Below, piece after piece: positions 19,201-27,730 of a DNA stretch of 41,198 nt. The translations under genes and the position numbers were made by a program. Origin of the DNA: a virus (taxonomy: Duplodnaviria > Caudoviricetes). The notes below the pieces were generated by a model. The model did no database searches. It saw only the letters and a program-made list of their open reading frames with translations, and was not told the DNA's origin. Each line of letters opens with the position of its first letter. Position 1 is the stretch's first letter. The stretch spans positions 1-41,198 of the IMG/VR virus record IMGVR_UViG_3300044723_002720. The stretch is one strand, 5' to 3'.

Positions 19201-22200
19201 ATCAGGTCTTGACCCTGAACAGACAGGAGAGGTTGAGGTAAGTAGAGAAGCTGTACTCGATAGAGCAAGAGAGATGTTCAATGAAGATGTATCAAATCTA
19301 ATGCAAACGGTAGAGTTAGAAGAAAAGACCACAGAGATAACAGAGGAAGTAGATGAAAAAGAAATACAAAGGAGAGGTTCAGTTATCAATTTCATTAGAG
19401 AGGCTAGACAAAAAGGTATCTCTGAATTGGCTATCAATGCAGCATTGAAAAAGAAAGGCTACTCAAGTCAAGATACAAAGGCTGCAAAGCAAGTGATAAA
19501 AAGAGTAGCCAAGAAAGTAAAGGAAACAAAGAAGAAACTTACTAAGAAGACACGCTTATCTATTAGAACTATTTTGGGTAAACCAAAAAATGTGAAGAGG
19601 ATAAGTTTCACGGAAAAGCAGTTGTTAATAAAAAGGCTAAAAGCATTACGAGAAGGAGCAAGAGATGCTAAGAAAGCATTAGAGAGAGCAAGGAAGATGA
19701 TGTCAGAAGAAGTCTTACAGCTTGTAAAAGATGGTAAGATAACTACCAAGCAGATGTCTGCCGTTATAAAGAGATTAGGTACAATAAATTTCGACAACCC
19801 TATTGCTATTGAAAACTTTGTTGACTATATGACAAAGGTATTCAATGATGCCGACTATGTATCTAAGGTTAGTAAGGCTAACAAGAAGAGAACGGTAGCT
19901 ACAAAGAATACACAGAAAAAACTTGGTATTGCTGAACCATTGGTTGAGCAGCTTCTTAGAATATTTAGTGTTAAGGCAACGCTTATACCTGATAGTGTAT
20001 TCCAAGAATACTTAAAACTCATCGACATCATGGGTGTGTCAGATAGAGTAATAAAACTACCTCCGATAAAAGAGTTGAAGGACATGGCAGGTAGAATACT
20101 AAGTGCAATAGATTTAGAGCAGTCTCAGATACCAACATTGATTGACAGGATTAGGAACTCTGAACATCGTGTACTAAACGATGATGGTTCACTGAATTAT
20201 GCACAGACCATAAAGGCAATGCTAGACAACCAAGAGATGACTAATGAGGAGTATGAGGTTGCCAAGAAATACAAATCTCAAATCCAACCGAGAAAAGAGA
20301 GGGAGCAGATGACAGAGCAAGAGGCTGCAAAAGAGAAGGCTTCTTTGGTTGACTCTGTATCTAAGACTAAGGTTAACCACAAGGATTTGCCAAGCCAAGA
20401 TGAAAGGAACTTGGCAAAAACATTAGCTGATTTAATCAAGACTGACGCTATAAATGGATTGGATAACTTAGAGTTGAAGAACTTATTGAAGTTATTAGAT
20501 AACATAAACAATGGTTATCTACCACACTTCGCACAAATAATGGTTGAGAGATTAAACTCTATCAATGATGGTAAGCAATTTAGTAATGCAGTAGAGAGAG
20601 GAAAGCCTTTGCCTGTGTCATTTGTTTATTCCAAAATAAAGTCGCTAATAACCAAGAAGGATTCTATATACGAACTAATAAGAAGGAATCCTTTATACTA
20701 TATTGACCAATTATTTGGAGACTTTAAAACTAAGGATATATTCAATGCTGTGTTTGGTGCAATATCAAAGGCTTATGCAAATTTAAAGACAGACTTAGCT
20801 AAAGTAAATGAAAGGATAAAGAAAGCAGAAGATAAAGTCATGGCTTCATTTGGCAGAAATCCTAACGCATTTCTTATGTCAAAGTATAAGCAGATGGTTT
20901 ATATGATTCAGCTTGAGTTTAATAGCAACCCTGACAATAAGCAGGTCAATCAAGCAGCAGACTTTATTAGAGCAACAATAAAAAGAATAAGACAGCAGGA
21001 CACAAGGTATTCTGAGGCTGATGCTAAAATGCTTGAACAGATACTTAAGGATTTCAATGATGGCACAGAAAATATTGATGCTCAAAAACTTTATGATTCA
21101 TTCAATCAAGCAGAGAGAGAATCAATACAGACCATACAAGATATCAACAAAGAACTACAACCTTTGGCAGTATACACAAGTACGATAATAAGAGGAGAAA
21201 AGATAGACCCACTTAATAACTATGTTCACTTGAATACCATAAAAGAAAGGGGTTCTATTGACGAGACTGCTGATATATCATTTGTTGATAATGTCAACGA
21301 AAGAATGAAGCCATCAACTAAAGCAAAGTCTTTGATTGAAAGAACAGGGAAGGTCTCTCCATTAAACTTCGATATATACGCATCTGCATATAGAGGTTCT
21401 AAGTTTATTCTTACTGACTACCACCTCACTGCACCTGCAAGAACAGCGAGGAGGACATTGAATATAGCAGAGAAGAATCTTGGAGAAGATATGCCTGCTC
21501 AACAAAGGCAAATATTGAACGCAGTTGTAAACGCATTTGAAGATGCTCTATCTACCCTGCTTTTAAATCAATACTATCAAACATCTATTGCTGATGATAT
21601 TGTTGACTTTATGGCAAAGCAAGGCTATCGTGCTGTCCTTGCAGGCGTAAGAAGATTTATTTCGGAACTTACATCTAACTTGTCGTTTGCGATAATACTA
21701 AATCCTAAAGCGTTTATACAAGGTATGTCAATGAATAATGTTGTCATGTCTGCTACAGCACCAAACACTATGAGGAATCTGAATAGTAAGCAGACAGGTA
21801 GGTTATATCCTGACCAAGACCTTACAGGTAAGTTGGTCGATGTGAATATAATCAATCAGGCTACGGGAGTTAAAGGAGGAAGAGCAAAGGGTAGTGTATC
21901 AAATATACTTACAAAATATTGGAACAACACAGCTAAGATATGGGTAAATGGAGTTCAGTTTGTTGCAGATTCGCTTATATCCACGCCCGATAAGATTGTA
22001 ACAAGACCTCTTTGGTTTGGTTCGTTCAATAATAGGTTCAAGAAACTTACAGGTGTTAACCCTGACTTTGATAAGATAGCAGCAAACGATACTGCATATA
22101 TGGAGAAGTATTCGGCTGAACTCAAAGAAGCTACAGACCATGCTGATGAGCAATCCACATTAGCAGCAGCAACGGACAATGCCTTTATGGGAATACTTAA

Positions 22201-23164
22201 AGGTACAGTAAAGCCTAACCAAAGTGCTATGCTTAAAGCGTTTCAAATGTTTAACAACTACCTTACAAGGTTCTTGATATTTGAATATGTGGCTGCACGG
22301 ACAGGTGTGATGAATATGATTGGTAGAGGAGAGTTGGGAAGGAGACAAGGGGCAGCATTACTTGCAGCAGTGTTAACAAGGATGACTGTATATACATTAC
22401 TTACCCATGTTCTTAAGACTAAGATGTTGGATTTATTCAGCGAAGACGAAGAGGAAGAGTTCTTGTTTAGTGAAGATAAAGCAGAGAAAGGTTTTGGCAA
22501 GAGGGTAGGTCAAGCTATTGCATCAACCTTAACATCTATGTTGTTAGGTAGAGATTTTGGTAATGCCACAAGAAGTATTATAAATCTTGGTATAGAAAAA
22601 TTCAATGAAAACAATCTTGAGTTCTTGAGAGATGGGGAGTACGATATGTACGATGATGCTATACAGTTTAGTGCATTTGCAAAAGACCCTAAAAAAAGAG
22701 AAGGTATTGGAGATTTCATTATTAAGATGGGAGGCCCTTTTGGCCCGACATTAAAAACATTAGACTTCGCTATACGAGAACTTACTGATGAACCAAAACA
22801 AAAGCAGGAAGCAATAGAGAGACAGAACCTAGAGAGAATGGTAAGGATTCCACTTGAGTTACTTGGAATACTAGGATTCATACCTATGTACAAGGATGTC
22901 AGAACAGTAGTCAATGATAAAATCTATAAAGATTTAAGAGATGCAAAGAACAAACCAAAGGAGGCTACCAAGAAAGAGTTGCTTCAAGGTTATGACAGTG
23001 AGCAGCAGATGAAGAACTTTGACTACGAACTTTGGGAGATGACCTTTGGCGAGAACGCACCTGACTACGACCACGATGCAGCGATGAAGGAGATTGAGAG
23101 AGAGTTGGATATGTTGTACAAGGAGATGGACAATGAACTAAATATGTATAAACCAAAACAATAA
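16211..23164 (+). CDS. Large internal virion / DNA ejection protein (2317 aa)
   Basis: Last and largest gene of the virion module. Duplicated N-terminal motif, Gly/Ala hydrophobic segments around aa 540-730, mostly helical. No RNAP catalytic motif seen. Confidence 0.6.
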   Translation: MNPQAINDAFRLFASRGYKGDEQEFISLISSNPQAFDDAYRLFASKGYQGGEDGFSNLMGIGKKKDEELPSTTPEEDVDLSTKEEKEEFLSGALSEDEILVADIELKDEPSVSEVLQQEADERTRRKELQEKIQPALAERQKEEFEEKFLSDVEKMYEREELSRDTQFIKDTEQDFAQYYGMDGDAAVRSLQEQFGKYGITFEKEGRTYGGSIKAKSFDGEEYLIPLNQYLKDIERGKEISQEFKSFIERTARKPKTEISKIEEEGVKFYGDRGIDYLTYRDMQDRYNDNISLIKFLEKAPFDEPAEVTTGELPYKDMYVDGVLRTDYRDLINKAKDDNKKIRDYLYNKDVYDTRVDFDLKLQENAEKVAQKAAEYNGNYKGMMNQLNQAAQELFGVDIDKLKDIDVKDDLLMKRKDYLLHYYNEAKEQKKLAAETYAIATSYIDEKYDKQLSGELVEGMKAFTNAVSAGHSRGQAAEVILSIAMGLTDISDDDSSMEAARKIMEHLDDADTGKFSVGDRAYHNAQSNWEVLRALRNRPLELIGAFVGQSFAQMLPIGSKLVPTAVAAGAAYGASGFSPVSVLGGAALGLNTGMAATNVAIEYTNAVLDAMTNQGFDVSDPQQVQEALQSEDVWSEGRDIGLKRGLTIGAVDFLGGKFAGKMIPTSKLASSGTKFAAQVVERIAIDPALEMLGETLAQAAAGQELNFGEILAEGLGAIGSNAAMGGLNQMVSNQKNTITKIANDLSDLDTFMDDNILDRRVLSWTDRQEKMGRIDSDKAQQIRNNISTRNEAREIMNVGQENKQKPSKNPEAEKRLAKLINAKKELTSTEATQEAFSEQISAIDKEIKETARTGDVVAVEQQADLSALERRIQGVESVFEDTLKVAALTEEEKSTEVVPIKTNVEQIEEVSPTKQYSFEFEEGQVPPELQDLEAESETTTTEGKVTLTFSGQQLIDAELATQEETQEEVIDTEIIEIEDAAQEVIVNYEEKARKELQSGLDPEQTGEVEVSREAVLDRAREMFNEDVSNLMQTVELEEKTTEITEEVDEKEIQRRGSVINFIREARQKGISELAINAALKKKGYSSQDTKAAKQVIKRVAKKVKETKKKLTKKTRLSIRTILGKPKNVKRISFTEKQLLIKRLKALREGARDAKKALERARKMMSEEVLQLVKDGKITTKQMSAVIKRLGTINFDNPIAIENFVDYMTKVFNDADYVSKVSKANKKRTVATKNTQKKLGIAEPLVEQLLRIFSVKATLIPDSVFQEYLKLIDIMGVSDRVIKLPPIKELKDMAGRILSAIDLEQSQIPTLIDRIRNSEHRVLNDDGSLNYAQTIKAMLDNQEMTNEEYEVAKKYKSQIQPRKEREQMTEQEAAKEKASLVDSVSKTKVNHKDLPSQDERNLAKTLADLIKTDAINGLDNLELKNLLKLLDNINNGYLPHFAQIMVERLNSINDGKQFSNAVERGKPLPVSFVYSKIKSLITKKDSIYELIRRNPLYYIDQLFGDFKTKDIFNAVFGAISKAYANLKTDLAKVNERIKKAEDKVMASFGRNPNAFLMSKYKQMVYMIQLEFNSNPDNKQVNQAADFIRATIKRIRQQDTRYSEADAKMLEQILKDFNDGTENIDAQKLYDSFNQAERESIQTIQDINKELQPLAVYTSTIIRGEKIDPLNNYVHLNTIKERGSIDETADISFVDNVNERMKPSTKAKSLIERTGKVSPLNFDIYASAYRGSKFILTDYHLTAPARTARRTLNIAEKNLGEDMPAQQRQILNAVVNAFEDALSTLLLNQYYQTSIADDIVDFMAKQGYRAVLAGVRRFISELTSNLSFAIILNPKAFIQGMSMNNVVMSATAPNTMRNLNSKQTGRLYPDQDLTGKLVDVNIINQATGVKGGRAKGSVSNILTKYWNNTAKIWVNGVQFVADSLISTPDKIVTRPLWFGSFNNRFKKLTGVNPDFDKIAANDTAYMEKYSAELKEATDHADEQSTLAAATDNAFMGILKGTVKPNQSAMLKAFQMFNNYLTRFLIFEYVAARTGVMNMIGRGELGRRQGAALLAAVLTRMTVYTLLTHVLKTKMLDLFSEDEEEEFLFSEDKAEKGFGKRVGQAIASTLTSMLLGRDFGNATRSIINLGIEKFNENNLEFLRDGEYDMYDDAIQFSAFAKDPKKREGIGDFIIKMGGPFGPTLKTLDFAIRELTDEPKQKQEAIERQNLERMVRIPLELLGILGFIPMYKDVRTVVNDKIYKDLRDAKNKPKEATKKELLQGYDSEQQMKNFDYELWEMTFGENAPDYDHDAAMKEIERELDMLYKEMDNELNMYKPKQ
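18839..18856. repeat. 18-bp palindrome copy (centre CG), inside CDS
   Basis: AGTGTCTTCGAAGACACT, extends to a 22-bp perfect palindrome (18837-18858), read in frame as SVFEDT. Confidence 0.95.
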
Positions 23165-23166
23165 GT

Positions 23167-23307
23167 ATGCCTTTTAAAAGCAAGAAGCAACGAGCATGGA
23201 TGTTTATTAATATGCCCGAACTCGCAAAGAAGTGGGAACGCAAGTATGGTGGCAAGGTTAGGACTACAAAGAAGAAGAATAAGAAAGTAAAAAAGCAACC
23301 ATATTAA
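23167..23307 (+). CDS. Small basic protein (46 aa, MPFKSKKQRAWMFINMPELAKKWERKY...), not in the ORF track
   Basis: ATG 2 nt after the previous stop. The MPFKS.KQR.W....PE.A..W pattern is one I recall from small phage proteins. Lys-rich tail. Confidence 0.75.
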   Translation: MPFKSKKQRAWMFINMPELAKKWERKYGGKVRTTKKKNKKVKKQPY

Positions 23308-23325
23308 AGTGTCTTCGAAGACACT
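23308..23325. repeat. 18-bp palindrome copy (centre CG) at the convergence of the two transcription arms
   Basis: Begins on the base right after the TAA of the last + strand gene. Confidence 0.95.
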
Positions 23326-23326
23326 C

Positions 23327-23365
23327 AAAAAAAAGAAGCATCCCCCCTAAATACACGGATGCTCC
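23327..23365 (-). terminator. Intrinsic terminator for the - strand arm
   Basis: On the - strand GGAGCATCC...GGATGCTTC followed by T8. Confidence 0.65.
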
Positions 23366-23485
23366 TTCAAATAATTAGTATGTAAAATGTTTATACAAAA
23401 AATAGGTAACAAACACAATCTACTTTGTAATGTGATAATTCAAAATTAAGTCTTTATATTTAAAAATGCAAATGTTTGTTTGAAT

Positions 23486-23908
23486 TTACTTATAGTTATA
23501 TATATACTTTATGCTCTTTTGTTTTGGAAAGTACATCATAAGTTCTGCATCATTGTTGTATAGAGAATCCTCTCTTGGTTTCCTACCTCCCCATCTAACT
23601 TCTCCCCTCAACTCCTTAACCTTTGCGTACAATAACCCATCTTCACACGCCCATATGATTGTTGGGTTTAATCTTTTATCACACAGCTTCGTAACTTTCT
23701 TTGCTGCTATGGGTAATGGGTAAGCATCCTTCATAACTCTCAGTCTGCCCTTTACTTCCACATAGGCTATTAGGTTTCTATCCTTGTCATACACACGATA
23801 GTCTATATCATCAGGTGCTAACTTCTCATATTTCCCACCAAAGCGATTAACAAATCTCTCTATCGCTTTCTTTTCCCTATCTAAGTCTGCTTGTTTCTCA
23901 AACCTCAT
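23486..23908 (-). CDS. PD-(D/E)XK-type nuclease-like protein
   Basis: IDY...YVEVKGR motif. Start reassigned to 23908 (ATGA overlap with the upstream stop). Confidence 0.6.
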   Translation of the reverse strand: MRFEKQADLDREKKAIERFVNRFGGKYEKLAPDDIDYRVYDKDRNLIAYVEVKGRLRVMKDAYPLPIAAKKVTKLCDKRLNPTIIWACEDGLLYAKVKELRGEVRWGGRKPREDSLYNNDAELMMYFPKQKSIKYIYNYK

Positions 23909-24627
23909 AAGTCCATCAAAACATTTATAGCTGTATGTCCACCAATAACCACACCACATCCGATGGCAGGTTTCTTTCCTCTCTTTGCGTATGCCATCGC
24001 ATAGCTATCGTGGTCTATCCCACAGCCAACCTGCATACCAAACACCTTGAAGTTTGCACCGACATACCACTCGGTATATGCCTGCGTGTGTAGGTGTCCT
24101 TGAACCGTACTCATTAGGTCTGCCCTGCATTTTGTTCTTGCTGTTCCTGCTTCGCCATGAATGTATTGTACATTGTCATATACAACTCTGTCTACCCAAT
24201 TCCAATCCACACCCAACACCTCGTTGTAGGATTTAATCCACTCCTTTGGTATGGCTGAACTAAACGCCTTACGCATAATCATTCTGTCATGGTTTCCTAT
24301 CGTAACATCTGCCTTTGGGAAAGCCTCATACCACATCTGAATCTGCTCTATTGCTAATTCAAGTTCTTCTCCACCACCCATACCATTTGGGTCTGCCTCG
24401 TGGTATGAAGGATAGTGGTTATCAATTATATCTCCAATGAATATTGTTTGGTTGCAGTTGTATGCTGCATATGTGTCTTTACAAAACTCAAGGTACTCTA
24501 CCAATGTAAACGGTGCATGGATGTCTCCGATAATTAATATCCTGCGTTCATCTTTGGTAAGATTCTCGAAGGCTCTCCTGCGATTGCCATGTAGTCTTGG
24601 TCTTATTTGGTTGTAGTTATGTCTCAT
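23905..24627 (-). CDS. Calcineurin-like metallophosphoesterase
   Basis: GDIH, GD, GNHD, HG and GHLH motifs in canonical order. Confidence 0.9.
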   Translation of the reverse strand: MRHNYNQIRPRLHGNRRRAFENLTKDERRILIIGDIHAPFTLVEYLEFCKDTYAAYNCNQTIFIGDIIDNHYPSYHEADPNGMGGGEELELAIEQIQMWYEAFPKADVTIGNHDRMIMRKAFSSAIPKEWIKSYNEVLGVDWNWVDRVVYDNVQYIHGEAGTARTKCRADLMSTVQGHLHTQAYTEWYVGANFKVFGMQVGCGIDHDSYAMAYAKRGKKPAIGCGVVIGGHTAINVLMDL

Positions 24628-24808
24628 CTTTTAATGATTCTTGTAGCTTCCTTAATTGCCTAATCATCTTAGATACATTCCTATAACATTCATCCAACTC
24701 CATGTCTACAAGACTCTCATAGATGTCTGCATTTAGCGAATACAGTTCATCCATTAACATATTAATAGACCTCAATCGTTCTCTATCGGCTGCTGTGAGT
24801 CTTGGCAC
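24617..24808 (-). CDS. Hypothetical small coiled-coil protein
   Basis: 63 aa, GTG start, overlaps the next gene by 11 nt. Confidence 0.55.
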   Translation of the reverse strand: MPRLTAADRERLRSINMLMDELYSLNADIYESLVDMELDECYRNVSKMIRQLRKLQESLKDET

Positions 24809-24880
24809 TATCGTAAGATATTAGTAATATACAAGACTAATGTATAATAAAAATTTATATTATGCAAGTTTTGTGTCAAA

Positions 24881-25210
24881 TTACTTTTGAAATGAAAAGT
24901 TCTTCTTTTTATTTATGTAATCCAAGAAGGTGTCACAATCAACCTCTTCAATATTTAATAAGAAGTTTGTTTCGCTATGTGTTTTCATATACTGAATCAT
25001 AAAATAGAATGGCTCTGTATGTGCATGAGATACACCACATACTCTCTGAATGATAAAATCTTTCGCAGGCAGCTTGGAGAAGTTGTTACCAATCTGTTGG
25101 ATGATGTCGGGTACTACATCAAAAGGAAACTCTTGAAGGCTATCTTCAAAGTCCTCTTGGATAATGTACTCATCCTTATTCTCCTCTGTATATCTCTGTA
25201 GTAAATCCAT
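24881..25210 (-). CDS. Hypothetical protein
   Basis: 109 aa ORF tiling the - strand operon. Confidence 0.65.
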   Translation of the reverse strand: MDLLQRYTEENKDEYIIQEDFEDSLQEFPFDVVPDIIQQIGNNFSKLPAKDFIIQRVCGVSHAHTEPFYFMIQYMKTHSETNFLLNIEEVDCDTFLDYINKKKNFSFQK

Positions 25211-25415
25211 ACTTGCTTAGTTCTTTTATTCTGTATTCTTGTAGTTTAGATAACTTTCCTTTCTCGGTCTTACACTCAACAAACAAAACCTCATCAGACT
25301 TAATCGCAATCAAGTCAGGTATTCCGTTCTTGTTTGTCTTGATTAGCTTGATAACATACCAACCCTCAGACTCTAACTGCTTAATCCTTTTGGATTGTAT
25401 CTTGCTTTCTGTCAT
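25176..25415 (-). CDS. VRR-NUC domain nuclease
   Basis: E..IQ, GIPDL, FVECK...G.LS.LQ motifs, coupled to an SF2 helicase. Confidence 0.9.
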   Translation of the reverse strand: MTESKIQSKRIKQLESEGWYVIKLIKTNKNGIPDLIAIKSDEVLFVECKTEKGKLSKLQEYRIKELSKYGFTTEIYRGE

Positions 25416-26674
25416 TAGAATAAACTGCTTTGTTTTTCCTTTTGGTTTAACACATCCCTCTTAAAATGTGCAAGGGTATAATCTTTCTTCTTAGACACTG
25501 CCTTATAAATATCATACTCTATTCCATCCTTTGCAAATATCCAATAGACTTTGTTCTTCAACCTATCAGATGTTACCATTCTGTCTTTGCTTTGCCAATA
25601 AGATGTAGCCGAGAAATCTATGTTGTAATATACCAAAAAATCTGCTTCCTTTAAACTGACTCCCTCCCTACCACTAACGATTTGTAATGCTATATTCTTA
25701 TCAGTGTCTTCGAAGACACTCAATTCTGTGGTTAAGCTATCTCCGAACACATCCTTCAATGCGTTCAGTTCCTCCTTGAACTTGTAGAATATTCCAATCT
25801 TCTTACCTAAGAAGTGGGAGTATATAAACTCTGCCTTACTATAATCAAACACCATAGAGTTTCCACCTTCAAACTTTACAGTTCCACTATACATTTGGTG
25901 TAGCTTTTGCATCAGCTTTACAGGTGTATCTGCTAATACCACTTCCTCTTTGCCCTCTATAACTCTATGCTTGGTCAATTTGTTTACCATTCTATAGGTC
26001 GTTGGCTGCATCTCCACCTCTAATATATTCTCCTCTGTTACTACCTTAAATCCTGCCTGCTTCTGTGTAAACGATATAGTGTGTGGCTTCATCTCCTTAA
26101 GGATTTTATCCATACCCCTGCTATAATCATTGACCATCATCGAGTTAATCTTTCGCTGCCTTACATCCACATAATCTTTGGCAAACTTATAGAAGTTGGC
26201 ATAGTTTCTAAATGGATTATCAGCTATGCCATATACTTGATGATACATCTGTGAGTATGATTCGGGAGTCGGAGTTCCACTCAAGAATATAACCTTTGAT
26301 TTGCACTTAGCTACCATGTCTTTCACTTGCTTGGCTCTCTTGTTTGGTTTTGGAAATGCCCCCAATGTGTGTGCTTCATCTGCTATGATTACATCCCACT
26401 TGATGTCAGGTAGCTTGTGCATACTCTCGTAGTTTATAATCCAAATACTGAAGTTATTTGGACACATTAGGTCATAGTCCTTGCTGATTGAATCCATAGC
26501 TTTCTTCTTAGTTAGAAACAGCACATGGCTTACTCCTATCTCTTCGCATATTCCCATAGCAGTTAGTGTCTTGCCTGTTCGAACTTCCATAGCTAGGTAT
26601 AGAAAGCTATTGGTGGATAGCTTCTTTGAGCCTTCGTTTATTATTTCTTTTTGGTATGGTCGAAACTCCATCAT
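25415..26674 (-). CDS. Superfamily 2 (SNF2-like) helicase
   Basis: RPYQ Q-motif, TGKT Walker A, DEAH box, SGTP motif III, Q..DR motif VI. Confidence 0.9.
   Translation of the reverse strand: MMEFRPYQKEIINEGSKKLSTNSFLYLAMEVRTGKTLTAMGICEEIGVSHVLFLTKKKAMDSISKDYDLMCPNNFSIWIINYESMHKLPDIKWDVIIADEAHTLGAFPKPNKRAKQVKDMVAKCKSKVIFLSGTPTPESYSQMYHQVYGIADNPFRNYANFYKFAKDYVDVRQRKINSMMVNDYSRGMDKILKEMKPHTISFTQKQAGFKVVTEENILEVEMQPTTYRMVNKLTKHRVIEGKEEVVLADTPVKLMQKLHQMYSGTVKFEGGNSMVFDYSKAEFIYSHFLGKKIGIFYKFKEELNALKDVFGDSLTTELSVFEDTDKNIALQIVSGREGVSLKEADFLVYYNIDFSATSYWQSKDRMVTSDRLKNKVYWIFAKDGIEYDIYKAVSKKKDYTLAHFKRDVLNQKEKQSSLF
25703..25720. repeat. 18-bp palindrome copy (centre CG), inside helicase CDS
   Basis: Exact core, read as SVFEDT in the helicase frame. 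Confidence 0.95.
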
Positions 26675-27062
26675 ATCCCTTTTTTTTTATGTCGTGATAA
26701 ATCTCTGTCTTTGACAGATATAATTCCCTTTTGTTTGTTAGGTAGTAATACCTTATGTATAATTTTTGCTCATCATCTTGGTGATATATAAACAAGCAGT
26801 TTGGTATCTCATCCACAGATGGCTTCATAAAGTAAAGCGTTTCGCTATGCTGTGTATATTCTGATTTACTATAAATCCTAAACTCTCCACGCTGCTCTAT
26901 GGCTACCTTATTTTTAGAAAAATACAGCCTTATATTTAGTGTATCGTCATATCTATGCACACCCTCTCCCTTGTTTACAAATATAGTTCTACCACCTGTC
27001 GATGTAACCACAACAAAGTAATAACTAAAAGTAGTAAATAGTGCCAAGAGTATAAGCCTCAT
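26607..27062 (-). CDS. Hypothetical secreted/membrane-anchored protein
   Basis: N-terminal hydrophobic segment MRLILLALFTTFSYYFVVV. The 3' end overlaps the helicase start. Confidence 0.55.
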   Translation of the reverse strand: MRLILLALFTTFSYYFVVVTSTGGRTIFVNKGEGVHRYDDTLNIRLYFSKNKVAIEQRGEFRIYSKSEYTQHSETLYFMKPSVDEIPNCLFIYHQDDEQKLYIRYYYLTNKRELYLSKTEIYHDIKKKGYDGVSTIPKRNNKRRLKEAIHQ

Positions 27063-27094
27063 AATACCATAAAGATACTATGATTATATGACTG

Positions 27095-27634
27095 CTATTT
27101 TTTGTATGTGTTCATTACAAAGCTGAACTTAAAATCTTTTGGTGCTTTCTGATTACCATCGAAGTATGGGAATATCATTCTGAAAAATATCTTAGGTAAT
27201 GCTATTGTATAGTTCGCCACTGACCTCATATAACTATTGTTCCTTGTGCTTACCATAAGTTCCACCTTGTCATATGTGAAGTTAATCACAACCAATCCAT
27301 ACACATCCTTGTCTATTGACAACATATGCTTCTTATCCACGCCATATGGATTACTCTCTGACCTCAGTTGAGGATGATGAGAGTATAGATAGAAGTTAAT
27401 CACATCATTCTTGGGGTCATATGACCACCCAATCATCCTGCTATTGTATCTTGGTTCTCGATAACCAACAGCCACACCAATTAATTTATTGATGTCTGCT
27501 TGGTCTGATTGCTGCTCCAAGATGTAGTCCAATGATAGGTCAGTGAACACAAACTCCTGTGGCTTAAATCTGAATGGTCTCCAAAATGGATTGGAGAAGT
27601 GCCTTCCTTTTTTGATTCTTTGGGTAAAGTACAT
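27095..27634 (-). CDS. Hypothetical protein (beta-rich)
   Basis: 179 aa ORF with an AT-rich start context. Confidence 0.65.
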   Translation of the reverse strand: MYFTQRIKKGRHFSNPFWRPFRFKPQEFVFTDLSLDYILEQQSDQADINKLIGVAVGYREPRYNSRMIGWSYDPKNDVINFYLYSHHPQLRSESNPYGVDKKHMLSIDKDVYGLVVINFTYDKVELMVSTRNNSYMRSVANYTIALPKIFFRMIFPYFDGNQKAPKDFKFSFVMNTYKK

Positions 27635-27665
27635 AATAAAATTTAATTAAAAGTAAAATAAAATT

Positions 27666-27709
27666 GTTCCAAAAAAGGTACGATACCGTTCCAAAAGGGG
27701 AACGATACC
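27666..27709. repeat. Tandem 22-bp direct repeat
   Basis: GTTCCAAAAAAGGTACGATACC / GTTCCAAAAGGGGAACGATACC (19/22 identical). Confidence 0.8.
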
Positions 27710-27730
27710 ATACAGAAATATGCTGATTAG

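Noticed and set aside
16211-23164. Virion RNA polymerase as in crAssphage or N4, with the hairpins as its promoters
   Set aside because: No recognisable catalytic motif, and the hairpin asymmetry favours the coding strand rather than the template strand. A profile search is needed to exclude it fully.
1630-23328. Many short antisense or alternate-frame ORFs in the track (e.g. 1749-2045, 18394-18855, 22510-22914)
   Set aside because: They are shadows of long, well-supported genes on the other strand or frame.
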